DNA of 64,000 bases from Octopus sinensis (taxonomy: Eukaryota). Positions 12,690 through 24,635 of the stretch are shown in pieces. A program made the translations under genes and the position numbers. Each line of letters begins with the position of its first letter. Within the stretch, counting starts at the first letter, position 1. The notes beneath the pieces were generated by a model, which was not told where the DNA came from, searched no databases, and worked only from the letters and a program-made list of their open reading frames with translations. Location of the stretch: assembly GCF_006345805.1 (NCBI RefSeq), contig NC_042997.1, positions 170,562,001 to 170,626,000 on the forward strand, in the 5' to 3' direction.

Positions 12690-13135
12690 TGACTAGGTTA
12701 GCAAAGGAGGGGGCCATTCTCATACCCATTGCAGTGCCCGATTTTTGTTGATAGAAGTTGTCTTTGAAGACAAAGTAGTTATTCTCCAAGATGAATTTTA
12801 GCCCTTCTATTACAAATCATTTTTTGATGCAATGTGGGAGTTCATTGGTGTAATTTTCTAGCCAGAATTGAATTGCCTCTATTCTTAGGCTGTGGGGGAT
12901 ATTAGAATAGAGGTTGACTACATCGAAGGATATTAGTAGGGTGTTTTTGTCTGTTGTTTTAGGGAGATGATTGAGCATATCCAGGTCACCCCTCATGTAG
13001 CTTTTGATATGCTTGAAGGATGGTTTTAAGAGGGCATCTAAAAAGTTACTGAGGTGGTGGTTTTAGCATGTGGAACCTGCTATTATAGGTCTCGATTTGA
13101 GGTTATTAGGAGTAGGGACCTTGATTATTATGCTG
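12690..13135 (-). mobile_element. Penelope-like element RT fragment
   Basis: LKSRPIIAGS...LSNFLDALLKP...LLISFDVVNLYSNIPH...LKFILENNYFVFKDNFYQQKSGTAMGMRMAPSFANL. Confidence 0.85.
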
Positions 13136-13404
13136 TTGCTCTGAGTATCATTTGGTTCATGAACAGCATATTAGAAAGTTCAGATAATGGTTCTGTTTGC
13201 CTTTGTTTATACAATGAATAACTCAGAGATGTGGCTTTCATGCCATTTACATGCGGGAAGTTAAAGTTACACAGGAGGAGTATATTGATGTATTAGTCCA
13301 GGTCAGTCAATACCACTTCTTTGTGCCTGAGGTTTCCCTCAAATTTACCATCATACTTTGAGGCATTTGGTGAATATGTTGTGCATAAAACTAAATCAGT
13401 TTGA

Positions 13405-13660
13405 AAAAGGTAAAGTTACTTTCTCAAGTTATACCAACTCATAAGGTCCAGTTTCCCAGTTTCATGGCTTATATATTCCCCACCTGGATGGGATGCCGGC
13501 CTGTCGCAGAATTACTCATTTTTGCCAGCTGAGTGAACTGGGTCAACATAAAGTGTAGTATTTTGCTCAAGAACACAACGCATCACCTGGCCCAGGTATT
13601 GAAACCACAATCTTATGTTCATGAGTCCAACACCCTAACCACTAAGCCCCACACCTCCAC
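13405..13660 (-). mobile_element. SINE family D
   Basis: rc of tRNA head (ccctaaccactaag) and ttgctcaagaacacaa; flanked by atcagttt on both sides. Confidence 0.8.
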
Positions 13661-13689
13661 AGATCAGTTTTCTTTATGTGTATTATTAA

Positions 13690-13908
13690 CTCTTTAGTGT
13701 TCAAGTTATCCTATCAAACGTAATGCTTATTAATTCACATTGTTTTGAATTAATCATGCATTATCTCATATCCTTGACATTTCGATAATGTGATTGTTTA
13801 ATGTAGAATAACATTGAAAGGTATGTGTGAGAACCTGGATCTAATCAGTTTGAACATAAAACAAATGGGAAATTTTGGCTGGATATAGCTGGTTTAAATG
13901 CTAAAGGG
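13690..13908. mobile_element. piggyBac-type MITE, second family
   Basis: TTAA at 13686-89 and 13909-12; imperfect TIR ctctttag / ctaaaggg. Confidence 0.7.
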
Positions 13909-14079
13909 TTAAAGTGTTACAAACTGAATTTCAGTGTGACAACAGTACTTGAGGTGTGACAACTTTATGGATGTACATGACAACTCCACCCTGATTTCTT
14001 TCTCTTTTGTTTGTACAAAATATTTCATGCTCTGGTAAGCATATTTCCATTTACTATGTTAGAGATATGATGCATTTCT

Positions 14080-14313
14080 TATTTCTTTACTGACCACAAG
14101 GGGCTACACACAGAGGGGACAAACAAGGACAGACAAACAGATTAAGTCGATTACATCGACCCCAGTGTGCAACTGGTATTTAATTTATTGAACCCGAAAG
14201 GATGAAAGGCAAAGTCGACCTCAGCGGAATTTGAACACAGAACGTAGCAGCAGACGAAATGCTGCTAAGCATTTTGCCCAGCGTGCTAATGTTTCTGCCA
14301 GCTCGTGCCTTCA
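14080..14313 (-). mobile_element. SINE family A, full length
   Basis: 13-bp TSD atgatgcatttct at 14067-79 and 14314-26. Confidence 0.92.
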
Positions 14314-14502
14314 ATGATGCATTTCTATGAGTGCCATGCATATTGGCTTACGGCATGCAGCAAGGTTTTTCAGATGGAGAAGAATTATACTTTTGTTACT
14401 AAGTTGTGATAGACCTCCAATATCAGTGGCATATATTCTGAGTGTGCTAGGTATGCCCTGTAGACCCATCGAAAATGGCAAATTCATTATAAATACTAAC
14501 CT

Positions 14503-14932
14503 TACTCTTTTACTTGTTTCAGTCATTTGACTGCGGCCATGCTGGAGCACCGCCTTTAGTCAAGCAATTCAACCCCAGAACTTATTGTTTGGAAGCCTAG
14601 TACTTATTCTATTGGTCTCTTTTGCTGAACTGCTAAGTTACGGGGACATAAACACACCACCATCGGTTGTCAAGCGATGTTGGGGGGGACAAACAAAGAC
14701 ACACAAACATATACACACACATACATTTATATATACATATATACAATGGGCCAGTTTCCGTCTACTAAATCCACTCACAAGGCTTTGGTTGGCCCAAGAC
14801 TATAGTAGAAGACACTTGCCCAAGGTGCCACGCAGTGGGAATGAACCCAGAACCATGTGGTTGGTAGGCAAGCTACTTACCACACAGCCACTCCTGCGCC
14901 TAGCTACATACCACACAGCGACTCCTCTGCCT
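14503..14932 (-). mobile_element. SINE family B, full length with duplicated 5' end
   Basis: rc of the B consensus; accacacagc-actcct repeated at 14903-14932. Confidence 0.9.
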
Positions 14933-15662
14933 TAATTTAATCACAAATCTTAATGAGAAACTTTTGTTATGCCTCTACTTTAAATTTGGTGGCAGTGGAT
15001 GTGGCAGCACAGCCAATGCAACAATCACCATATGCTCCTGAAGGATATGGGTTTGAGATCTGGGTAGGAGTCACTGGTATTAGTGGTGATCACCCTATAT
15101 CTGTCACCAGTGGTGGTCTTATGTTTTGATATGCATGAGTTTGATTCAGCATCTTTTGCAGCTATGCCAGATGCCAAAATATCTTCTGGGGATGAACTCA
15201 AAAAAGTTTTCTGCTTGTTAGATGTAACTTGCACAGCCTCTGCATATTGTCTTTCTTTCAATATTTAATTTTGCTTGCAATAGCCAGTTCTTTTAGTCAA
15301 ACTATCATATCTCCAGCTTCTTCAAATGCCAAGATATGATAATTGTCAAAGTGTAGTACAGTTGGTTTTAGCATTATTCAAAAGTGTAGGAAGTCTCACA
15401 TACGACAGCTTTGTAAAAATATTTCTGACTGAAAATATCATACATGCTAGTAGATTTTCTTATCATGAACGACAAATGTGGGTTCAGTAAAATAAAGCAG
15501 TAATCATGTTCTATGGACACGAATATGTCTTTTGAGGCCTGCTGGTACCTTGCAAACATTTTGGCAAATGGAACAAGTTGAGGATTCAATATGCTTGAGT
15601 CCTTGTGGATCACTTACTATGCATTTTCTTGAGTGGACGGTAAGGCCTGCTTCGCTTTGTGC

Positions 15663-15803
15663 CACACACACACACACTCACACACACATATATATATTAC
15701 ACACACCATACACACACACACACACACACATCTTCTGAGACTCAACAAGATATATATGTACACACACACAAGCACACACACACATACACAAACACACACA
15801 CAT

Positions 15804-15834
<31 letters not shown>

Positions 15835-15853
15835 TACACACACAAACACACAC

Positions 15854-15913
<60 letters not shown>

Positions 15914-16075
15914 AATATAAGCAGTTCATTATAGCTTATGTTTTTTGAAATGAAATGAAATATGTAGAATATCTGCATTTGCTTGAAACTTTATTATATT
16001 TATTTGTTTAACACACACACACAAACAAACACAAATACACACACACAAACAAACACACACAAACACAAACACACA
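15663..16075. repeat. Long imperfect (CA)n microsatellite complex
   Basis: Direct inspection. Confidence 0.95.
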
Positions 16076-16388
16076 GAATGGCTAAATACAAATAAAAGTT
16101 ACTTTATAAAAATAACGTTCATTTTCCTCAACATCATTTTTCACATTATTCCAGAGAGTATTTTCTTAAAGAAGAAAAATAATTTACAAAATGAAAAACA
16201 TCTCTAATTTAATTATATAGCTGATAAAATAAGTATTCAGGGAAAAGCAAGAGATATGGAAGGAGTGAAAAAGAAAGAGAGAGATGGGATGGGAGTAAAA
16301 TAAACTGGAATTTTAAAGATGGATAACCAAAATACAAATATTTAATTTCTCATATCTTCTGATAACAAATTCTTGTTTTATTTTGTAG

Positions 16389-16424
16389 AAAATTTGGCAG
16401 TTGTGAACAGTTTGGTTTCATCAG
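16389..16424 (+). CDS. Candidate 36-nt symmetric exon (ENLAVVNSLVSS or KFGSCEQFGFI)
   Basis: Strong acceptor ttcttgttttattttgtag and donor CAG|gtgaat. Confidence 0.4.
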
Positions 16425-16800
16425 GTGAATTTATGAGTTCACTAGATATTTGAAACTTTTAATTATTTCTGTAAAAACAAATTAAACAGATATCATATTT
16501 AGGAAAATGAAAAATAATGATCTTGCGTTGACATAAAATTATATTTTTCCTAAGAGGAATATTGTTATTATTATGTATTATTGAAATCTATTAATAACTA
16601 ATAATGGTGCCTGACCTTCCTCAGATTTATTAATACCAGGAATAAATATGATCATATGAATTCACTATATTTGGGATAAACTGCTTTAGAAAAAGATGAT
16701 GATGCTCTTCAGATGATTTAAGAATGTTGATTCATTCAAAATTCACTGCATATGCTGGCAATTCAGAAGATGGTTTGAGTTGAGTTCCATAAAAACGAAC

Positions 16801-16815
16801 CAACATCATCATCAC

Positions 16816-16889
<74 letters not shown>

Positions 16890-17036
16890 CCACCACCACC
16901 ACCACCACAACCACCACCACCACAACCACCACCACCACCACCACCATCAACAACAACAGCAACATTTAACGTCTGTTTTTCATGCTAGCATGGGTTGGAC
17001 GGTTTGACAGAAACTGACCAGCACCAGGCTCCAATT
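16801..17036 (-). repeat. (CAT)n/(CAC)n tract continuous with a family C tail
   Basis: Tract leads into tttaacgtctgtttttcatgctagcatgggttggacgg. Confidence 0.85.
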
Positions 17037-17107
17037 GTCAGTTAAACAGACATGGACTCTAAAAGTTATATAACCTACGGTACTTCTCCTAAAGAAAGTC
17101 TTTAGTC

Positions 17108-17973
17108 TCAGGAGTTCAGTCCCACTATGTGGCACCTTAGGCAAGTGTCTTCCACTATAGTCCTGGGTCACCCAATGCCTTGTGAGTAGATTTGGTAGAC
17201 GGAAACTGAAGGAAGCCTGTTGTATGTATGTATGCATGTATGCATGTATGCATGCTTGTATGTATGTATGTATGCATGTATGTATGTATGTATGTATGTA
17301 TGTATGTATGTATGTATGTATGTATGCATGCATATTTATGTGTGTGTGCGTGTATGCATGTATGTGTGTGTGTGTGTCTCCTTCTGCTATCACATGATAG
17401 TTGTAAATAATGTCACAGACATATAAGCAGTATCATTCATTTCTAGTATTCTGCAAAATAGTGTCTGGCCATGGGAAAATATGATGTTGCATAGAAACAG
17501 ATAAGAGATGCCAATAGGAAATCTGCCTCCATAAACTCTGTCTGACCCATAAAAGCATAGGTAAGGAATGTTAAAATGATGATGCTTACACTTCCACACA
17601 CACACACACACACACGCACACACACACACACACGCACACACACACACGCACACAGATATATATACTCTTTTACGCTTTTATTGTGGCCATGCTGGAGCAC
17701 TGCTATACAAGGTTTTTTTGTAGTTGAAGAAATTGACCCCAGGACTTCTTCTTTGTAAGCCTAGTACTTTATTCTATCAGTCTATTTCACTGAACCGTTA
17801 AGTTTTAGGGACATAAACACACCAACATTGGTCATCAAACACAAATACAGACACAAAGACATACATTGAACTCGTGACTCTACGATCGCGAGCGGAATCC
17901 CTAACCACTAAGCTGCACACCTTCACACACACATATATCATCATCATCATCATCATATAGTCATATATATATT

Positions 17974-18010
<37 letters not shown>

Positions 18011-18240
18011 ATATATATATATATATAGAAAATATATGTGGCTGTGTGGTAAGAAGCTTGCTTCTCAACCACATGGTTCTAGGTTCAGTCCCACTGCATG
18101 GCACCTTCGGTAAATGTCTACTACTATAACCTCGGACCTTGAGAGTGGATTTGGTTGACGGAAACTGAAAGAGGCCTGTCATATATATAAAGGCGGTGCT
18201 CCAGCATGGCCACAGTCAAATGACTGAAACGAGTAAAAGA

Positions 18241-18278
<38 letters not shown>

Positions 18279-18735
18279 TCCAGCACTTTGCCGAACCGCT
18301 AACTTACGGGGACGTAAACACACCGGCATCGGTTGTCAAGCAATATTGGGGGGACAAACACAGACACACAAACATACACACACACACATACATACATATA
18401 TATACATATATACGACGGGTTTCTTTCAGTTTCCGTCTATGAAGTCCACTCACAAGGCTTTGGTCGGCCTGAGGCTTATAGTAGAAGACACTTGCCCAAG
18501 GTGCCACACAGTGAGATTGAACCCAGCCACTCCTATAAGTATATATACTTCTCTGTGCATATGTACGTACTACAAGCTTTCATACAATTTCTGTTTTCTA
18601 GCTTTCACTCAAAGCAATTTGATCAACCCAAAGCTATAGAAGAAGACAATTGTCCAAGGTGTTCTACACAGCAGGGTTGAACACAAACCCACATAGCAAC
18701 AAAGTATAGTGTTTTAGCACACAACTATGCCTACT
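17108..18735. mobile_element. Cluster of five SINE B pieces in mixed orientation plus a SINE D head
   Basis: B(+) 17108-17380, B(-) 17665-17860, D head(-) 17868-17925, internally deleted B(+) 18037-18242, B(-) 18277-18535, B(-) 18585-18735. Confidence 0.8.
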
Positions 18736-20095
18736 CCAGTATTATTGATATATTTATTACTGATAAATTTAGCCATATAAACTTTCCATTGATATGAAAA
18801 CAAACATGTGTGTTAAGATTTGTAAAAGTTTTACCAATTTATTCATACGGCAGCAGAATAAAATTATGTATAGTTGATATGTTAATTCCATTCCATAGTT
18901 GATTGTTTACTTCTTGATGTAAAGTGAAAAATAATGGATAACATCTCTCAAGCTGGAAGTGATATGTATATAATAAAAATGTTCTCTAAGACTGCACCAT
19001 CAATATTCCTATGTGAACTCTTAAACCATCTCAAGAATGAAATACTTAAGAAAAAATACACTTTCAAAAGATATTATGTCATATGGGTCTCTTAAACCTG
19101 CCAACCATATAGTTTTCAAAATAACTGTGGAATTTCCAAGGGTACTAGTATATAGTTAATTCAAACAGTGGAATATATTTTATGTTGTGAAGAAGAAATT
19201 TTATTTTTATCAATACAAAACATCACTAGTTTCCTTGGATTATATTATTTTACTGTCTGTTTTATAGTTTGTTGTGTTCCTCTTCCACAGAAACATTTGT
19301 CTATTACGCAGTGTTATCTGTTGTTCAACAAACAAAACCACATTCTAATTTAATCTGTTGCTCTCCCAGTAAAATTACTTTTTCTGTTGTACAACTGGCT
19401 ATACTACTGTGAAAGCAAATCTAAAATCTATCTTACAAAAGATTTCATTAGGGGTAAAATGCCAGACATGAAAATGATATTAATACAATTTAATTTAAAA
19501 CAAGTGTTTCTCTCAAAATACAATGAAGGGAAAAAAAAGTGGATATCTTTTTTTTTTTTACCAATAAAACTTAACTCTTGTAAATAAAAATGTTCAGTTT
19601 GTATCGATAAAAAAATGAGACAGTAAATATAATAAGTATGTGAATTGGAATATTTCTTGTGTTAGTGGAAATTGCCAGAAATTATTACCTAGATAGTATG
19701 TATGGTTATGATTGTGTAAGTTGCCTTAAGATATTTCGAATTAATAATGATGATAAAGAGTCTCTTGACCTGTAGACCTTCAATAAAACAAAGATGTTGT
19801 ACTAATTTGAATTACATAAATAAGTCTTTTTTATTATTTTTATTTTTGTTTTACACTATATTTCAATCGTTTATAGACTCACATCTTATACATTTACTTC
19901 TTTTCTCATATATATATGCTAACTTGCCTTAAGCTGGCTTTAAAATCTTAAGCTTTATGTTTAATGCTAGGTTTCAACTTGTTAACAGGTATATGTTATC
20001 TCTTGATTGGTACACTTTTGATAAAACAAAGGTGCTGTACTAATTCGAATTATTTTAATTTGTTTTTTTGTTATTTTTGTTTTTATGTTTTACAC

Positions 20096-20480
20096 CATCG
20101 TCATCATCGTTTAACGTCTGTTTTCCATGCTAGCATGGGTTGGACAGTTCGACCGGAAGCCAGGAGGCTGCACCAGGCTCCAGTCTGATCCGGCAGTGTT
20201 TCTACAGCTGGATGCCCTTCCTAATGCCAACCACTCTGAGAATGTAGTGGGTGCTTTTTATGTGCCACTGGCACAGGTGCCACATCATTTAATGCCTGTT
20301 GTCTATGTTGGCATGAGTTTGACAGTTTGACCAGAGCCAGCAAGCAGTGAGTTGCACCTGACTCCAGTCTGATTTGGCCTGGTTTCTACAGCTGGATGCC
20401 CTTCCTAATGCCAACCACTTTACAGAGTGTACTGAATGCTTTTGTGTGGAACTGCACAGGTGCTTTTACATGACACCACA
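20096..20480 (-). mobile_element. Two tandem family C (RTE tail) copies
   Basis: ctacagctggatgcccttcctaatgccaaccac occurs twice (~20202 and ~20386). Confidence 0.85.
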
Positions 20481-20504
20481 TGGGTCTTTGGTTACAAGTT
20501 CAAC

Positions 20505-21232
20505 TCTTACACCTCTTATATTTCACTTATTTCAATCATTGGACTGTGGCACTGCCTTGGAGGATTTTGCCTTGGAGGACACTGCCTTGGAGGACACTGC
20601 CATGGAGGACACTGCCTTGGATGATTTTAATTGAATAAATCAACCTCTGTATTTATGTTTTTTTTTTAAAGTCTAGTACTTATTCTAATGGTCTCTTTTG
20701 GCAAACCACTAAGTTACAGAGATGTAAACAAACCAACACCGGTTGTCAATCAAAAACACAAACACTAACACGCACATAAACATACATACACACAATGGGC
20801 TTCTTCACATTTTCTATTTATTAAGTTCAGTCACAAGGCTTTGATCAGCCAGAGGCTATAGGAAACACTTGCCCAAGATGCCACACTGTGGAATTGAACC
20901 CAAAACCATGTGGTCACAAAGTAGCCTTCTTAACCATTCAGTCATGTCAGTACCTACCTCAAATACAATTTCATATTTAAGCCCAGCTTAAGGCAAGTAT
21001 ATATATTTTTATTTCTAAGTTTATCTCTCAGAGCCAGTACTAAAGGTTATAATGCTTTGTATACAAATATGATGCAGGAGTGGCTGTGTGGTAAGAAGTT
21101 TGCTTCCTAACCACATGATTCCAGGTTCAGTCCCACTGTGTGGCACCATGGTCAAGTATCTTCTACTAAAGCCTTGGGCTGACCAAAGCCTTCTGTATGG
21201 ATTTGGTAGATAGAAACTGAAAGAAGCCTGTC

Positions 21233-21270
<38 letters not shown>

Positions 21271-21642
21271 GTATTTGTGTATTGAGAGTGTAACGGTGCT
21301 TTTATGTGCCACCAGCATGGGTGCCATTTGCGTGACACTGGTATTTACCATGACTGTGATTTTGCTCAATTTGATGGGTCTGCTTCTCAAGCATGAAATA
21401 ACGCCAAAGGTCTCAGTCATTGCCTCTGAGAGGCCTGATGCTCTTTGTTTCCGTGAGGCCCAACACTTGAAAAGAACTTGCCCCCAGGAGGCCAGCTTCT
21501 TTCTATTTCTGTGTACCAAATCTACTAACAAGACTTTAGTTGGCCCAGGACTATAGTAGAATTCACTTGCCAAAGGCACCATGCTGTACAACTGAATCTG
21601 AAATGATGTAGATGAAAAGCAGACTTGTTATCATGCAGTCAC
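20505..21642. mobile_element. SINE B(-) 20505-20955, B(+) 21071-21235, RTE 3' fragment(-) 21290-21480, B(-) 21495-21642
   Basis: Similarity to the B consensus and to 33465-33545. Confidence 0.75.
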
Positions 21643-22133
21643 AGAATTAGATAATGTAGTGAGGGTAAAGATAGAACGATCTTTAGCAGACATTCTTGGG
21701 TTGTCGTTATAGTTGTTTAGTAACAAGTCAACTCTGATGAAAGACATTCTAGCTGTCACCATTCCTCCATATGTGCAGGAAACTCAAGACCACATTATTC
21801 AATACATTGCTTTTTAAGAGTCTTGGATGGGATCTGAAGAAGATTTGGCTGTTATTTCTAGTAGGAACCACATGGTTCAACAACAAAAAAGTCTGGTGTG
21901 ATGGTAGAGTTTGTTTTTAGGTATGTGTAAAATTCTGTAGTATCAAGTAAGATTGTGAAAATTGCTAATAGATAGATGTTAAAATTACAGATTGCTCTCA
22001 ACCACAGATGTTTATATAGGTGTGAGAGCATAAATTGTTCACAGATGAATAGATTGTATGAGAGCTGAAGATATTTGAGAAATAATTTTTAATCGTTCTT
22101 GTTTTCTTTTTTATTTATTTTGTACATTCATAG

Positions 22134-22182
22134 TAAAAAGTCTACAGAGTTAAGCAATATTTTAGCTTCAAAATTTGACGAG
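22134..22182 (+). CDS. Candidate exon (KKSTELSNILASKFDE), phase 2 to 0
   Basis: Long T-rich acceptor ...tacattcatag| and GAG|gttatc; single open frame. Confidence 0.35.
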
Positions 22183-22444
22183 GTTATCTAGTTATAAGAG
22201 ATAAACAAATTCATTTTAGTTATGCTAAATTTAATTCTTTTCCTGATAAAAAAAATTTTTAAATGAATCCCCTAAAAACATTGTAGTTACTTTTAAACAG
22301 CTTTCTTTTTCAATAAATTATACTATTTCTGTTTTTAGTTTTCAACTCATTTCGAAGATTTATTAAAATGTTCAAATTTTCCCATTGCATTAATAGTTTT
22401 TAAAATTTTTAGCTTGCTCCTTTATTGTTTTATTTTTAGAAATT

Positions 22445-23640
22445 TGTTTCCCTCTCACCTGCTTTTCTCTCTCACCTTCTGCTTTCCTCATCTCACCCGA
22501 GTTCTTTCCTATTTGCTGCAAAACACATTTCTTTTCCTCTCTATCACAATTTATTTGTTCTCTCTTTCTTTGAAATAAACTTCCCTTTCTTAAATTAACT
22601 CCTCTTTTCTTGCTCTCTCTTTCCCTCTTAGTCTCTCTTTCATTCTCCCTTCCTTTCTCTCCCTCTCAAAAGCTTTTGTTCCTCTCTTTCTGTTTACACT
22701 TTCCCTCTCTCTTCCTCTCTTATTGAATCTTTCTGTTTCCAGAAAACCCATATTTTCACCTCTATCCACAAATTCATTTTCTCATTCTTTCTCTCAAAAA
22801 AATGTTCTTCTCTTACTATTTTCTTATCTCTTCCCTTTTTCCTCCTCCTCCATATCATTGTCGCTTAACGTCCGCTTTCCGTGCTGGTATGGGTTGGACA
22901 GTTTGACTGAGAACTGGTCAGCTGGGAGGCTGCACCAGGCCCCAATCTAATTTGGCAAGGTTTCTACAGCTGGATGTCCTTTCTTACGCCAACCACTCCA
23001 AGAGTGTGGTGGGTGCTTTTTATGTGCCACCAGCATGGGTGTCATTCAGGTGGCACTGGCACCAGGCACACTCAAGTGATGCTTTTTATGGGCCACTGGC
23101 ATGTTATTTTATTTCTACCTCTCCCCCCTCTCTTTCTTTCTCTCTCTCTCTTTCTAATGCCTGTCTCTTTCCTTCTAATTCTTTCTTTAAATCCTTTTTC
23201 TCTACTAAACTCTTTCCCAACAACTCTCTTTCTCTCAAATACCAACCTCCCATCACTAAAATTCTCTCTCTCCTAATCCTTTCCAAACTGACATTTTCTA
23301 TCTCTCAAATTGCTTTTCTTCTTACTCTTCTCCAAACCTTTCCCCCGCCATCAAACGCTTTGTCTCCAACTCTTTCAAAAAAATATCAGCTCTCTCTCCT
23401 TCCCACTTACACTCTTTTTCTCATAAACTCTCTCCTCACACTCTTTCTCAAAATACTTTCTCCTTCTAGCAAGCTCTTTCTGTTACTCGTTTTCAAACTT
23501 CCTTCTCTTCTCATTCAAATACTTACCTTTCTATTCTTTTCTCAAACTCATTCCTCCTTTTCTGCAAAACTCATTCATTTTCGTCTCTCTCTCTCTCTGT
23601 TTTTTTCTCTCACTCTATCTCTCTGTCTATCCTCTCTATA
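22445..23640. repeat. Pyrimidine-rich low-complexity tract with a family C copy at 22852-23103 (-)
   Basis: Strongly CT-rich on + strand over ~1.2 kb. Confidence 0.85.
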
Positions 23641-24635
23641 GTCATTAATGCTTCCCCCATTCCCTACATAATTCCACTGGTTCTTAGCACAAAGAAATCA
23701 ATAAAATCAATGCTATAAACCAAAGGATCCATGTTGGAAAGGTTTAGTCGTTCCAAGCCCTTTCATGCTACCAAATAACCTGTAATGGAATTCAGGGAAT
23801 GGATATAAATTATGAAACTCAAAAGACTTCAAGAGATTCTTGCATGTGTGGTAACTATGATCAAAAGAAAACTAAATATTGGCATTGAATACTTTACATT
23901 TCTTGTCCATTGTTCTTCCATATACTGGAGAATGTAAGGAAGACCAAAAGAATTAAAAATTCTTTCAGCCAAACGTTATACCAATTAATTATCTCAGTCG
24001 TTGTAGTAGTTGTTGTTGTTGCTGTAGCTGCATAGCTCCAGGTCAACTCTTTATCAAACAAACCCATGACCTGCATATAGTCAGTCAAACGACTACATGT
24101 GATTTGCCAAGCAGAAAGCCATAATGTATTCTCCCACATGCAGAGGTTAATCCCATTGGTTGTGGCATGACAATCAGTACATGTAGTCTCTCTACTGGAT
24201 GTGTGTTCTCTCTATTTCTTGATGCCTGCACACTTTCATGATAACCTCAGTGGAAGCAGGCATGATGGACTTGGTTAGCTGTTTGGCAGAGATGCTGCTT
24301 GTTTGCACTTATTTGGGGGATATGTACCCTAAGTATTTTGTTTTGCTTTTGCTTTTTGGCTAATGAGACTCATACTCTTTTTGAGCGTGTGTAATTTTCT
24401 GTAACAATTGTCAGGGTTGAGTGACAAGGATGTATTATTTTAAGATTGTATCACAGTTATTTTAATGATATTCAGGGGGTCATTTGTGTGTGTGTGTGTG
24501 TGTTTGTGTGTGCATAGGGTGTGTATGAACAGATTTATATTTATAAAAAAAGAAACAGATATATAATAACAGATAATAACTTTATTTATAAAAAAATGCT
24601 ATGAGGATAAAAATAAACATTCTTTGCCACGTGAC

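Larger units (their letters stand above)
13140..15650 (-). mobile_element. CR1/Jockey-type LINE 5' part (possible ORF1 relic and AP endonuclease), split by four younger insertions
   Basis: After removing the inserts: LRIYATDIGGL...KPICMALIEMH...LPEHEIFCTNKRERNQGGVVMYIH...LVLCTTYSP...ILLLCNFNFPHV...LFMNQMILR; same type as 24636-25630. ORF1 assignment of 15000-15650 is weak. Confidence 0.7.
4331..23741 (+). pseudogene. Candidate multi-exon host gene, apparently decayed (short exons, ASH/PapD-like motifs)
   Basis: Short non-repetitive segments after pyrimidine-rich AG acceptors: 4331-4365, 7165-7240, 8076-8140, 11972-11997, 12167-12212, 16389-16424, 16625-16772, ~19025-19141, 19291-19453, 22134-22182, 23688-23741. 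Several are phase-compatible; others carry stops, frameshifts or no GT donor. Product not recognised. Confidence 0.35.

Noticed and set aside
15617-16207. HT/CV-rich ORFs
   Set aside because: (CA)n translations, open by construction
22952-23641. 229-aa S/L/F-rich ORF
   Set aside because: Family C repeat plus CT-rich tract that lacks stops for compositional reasons
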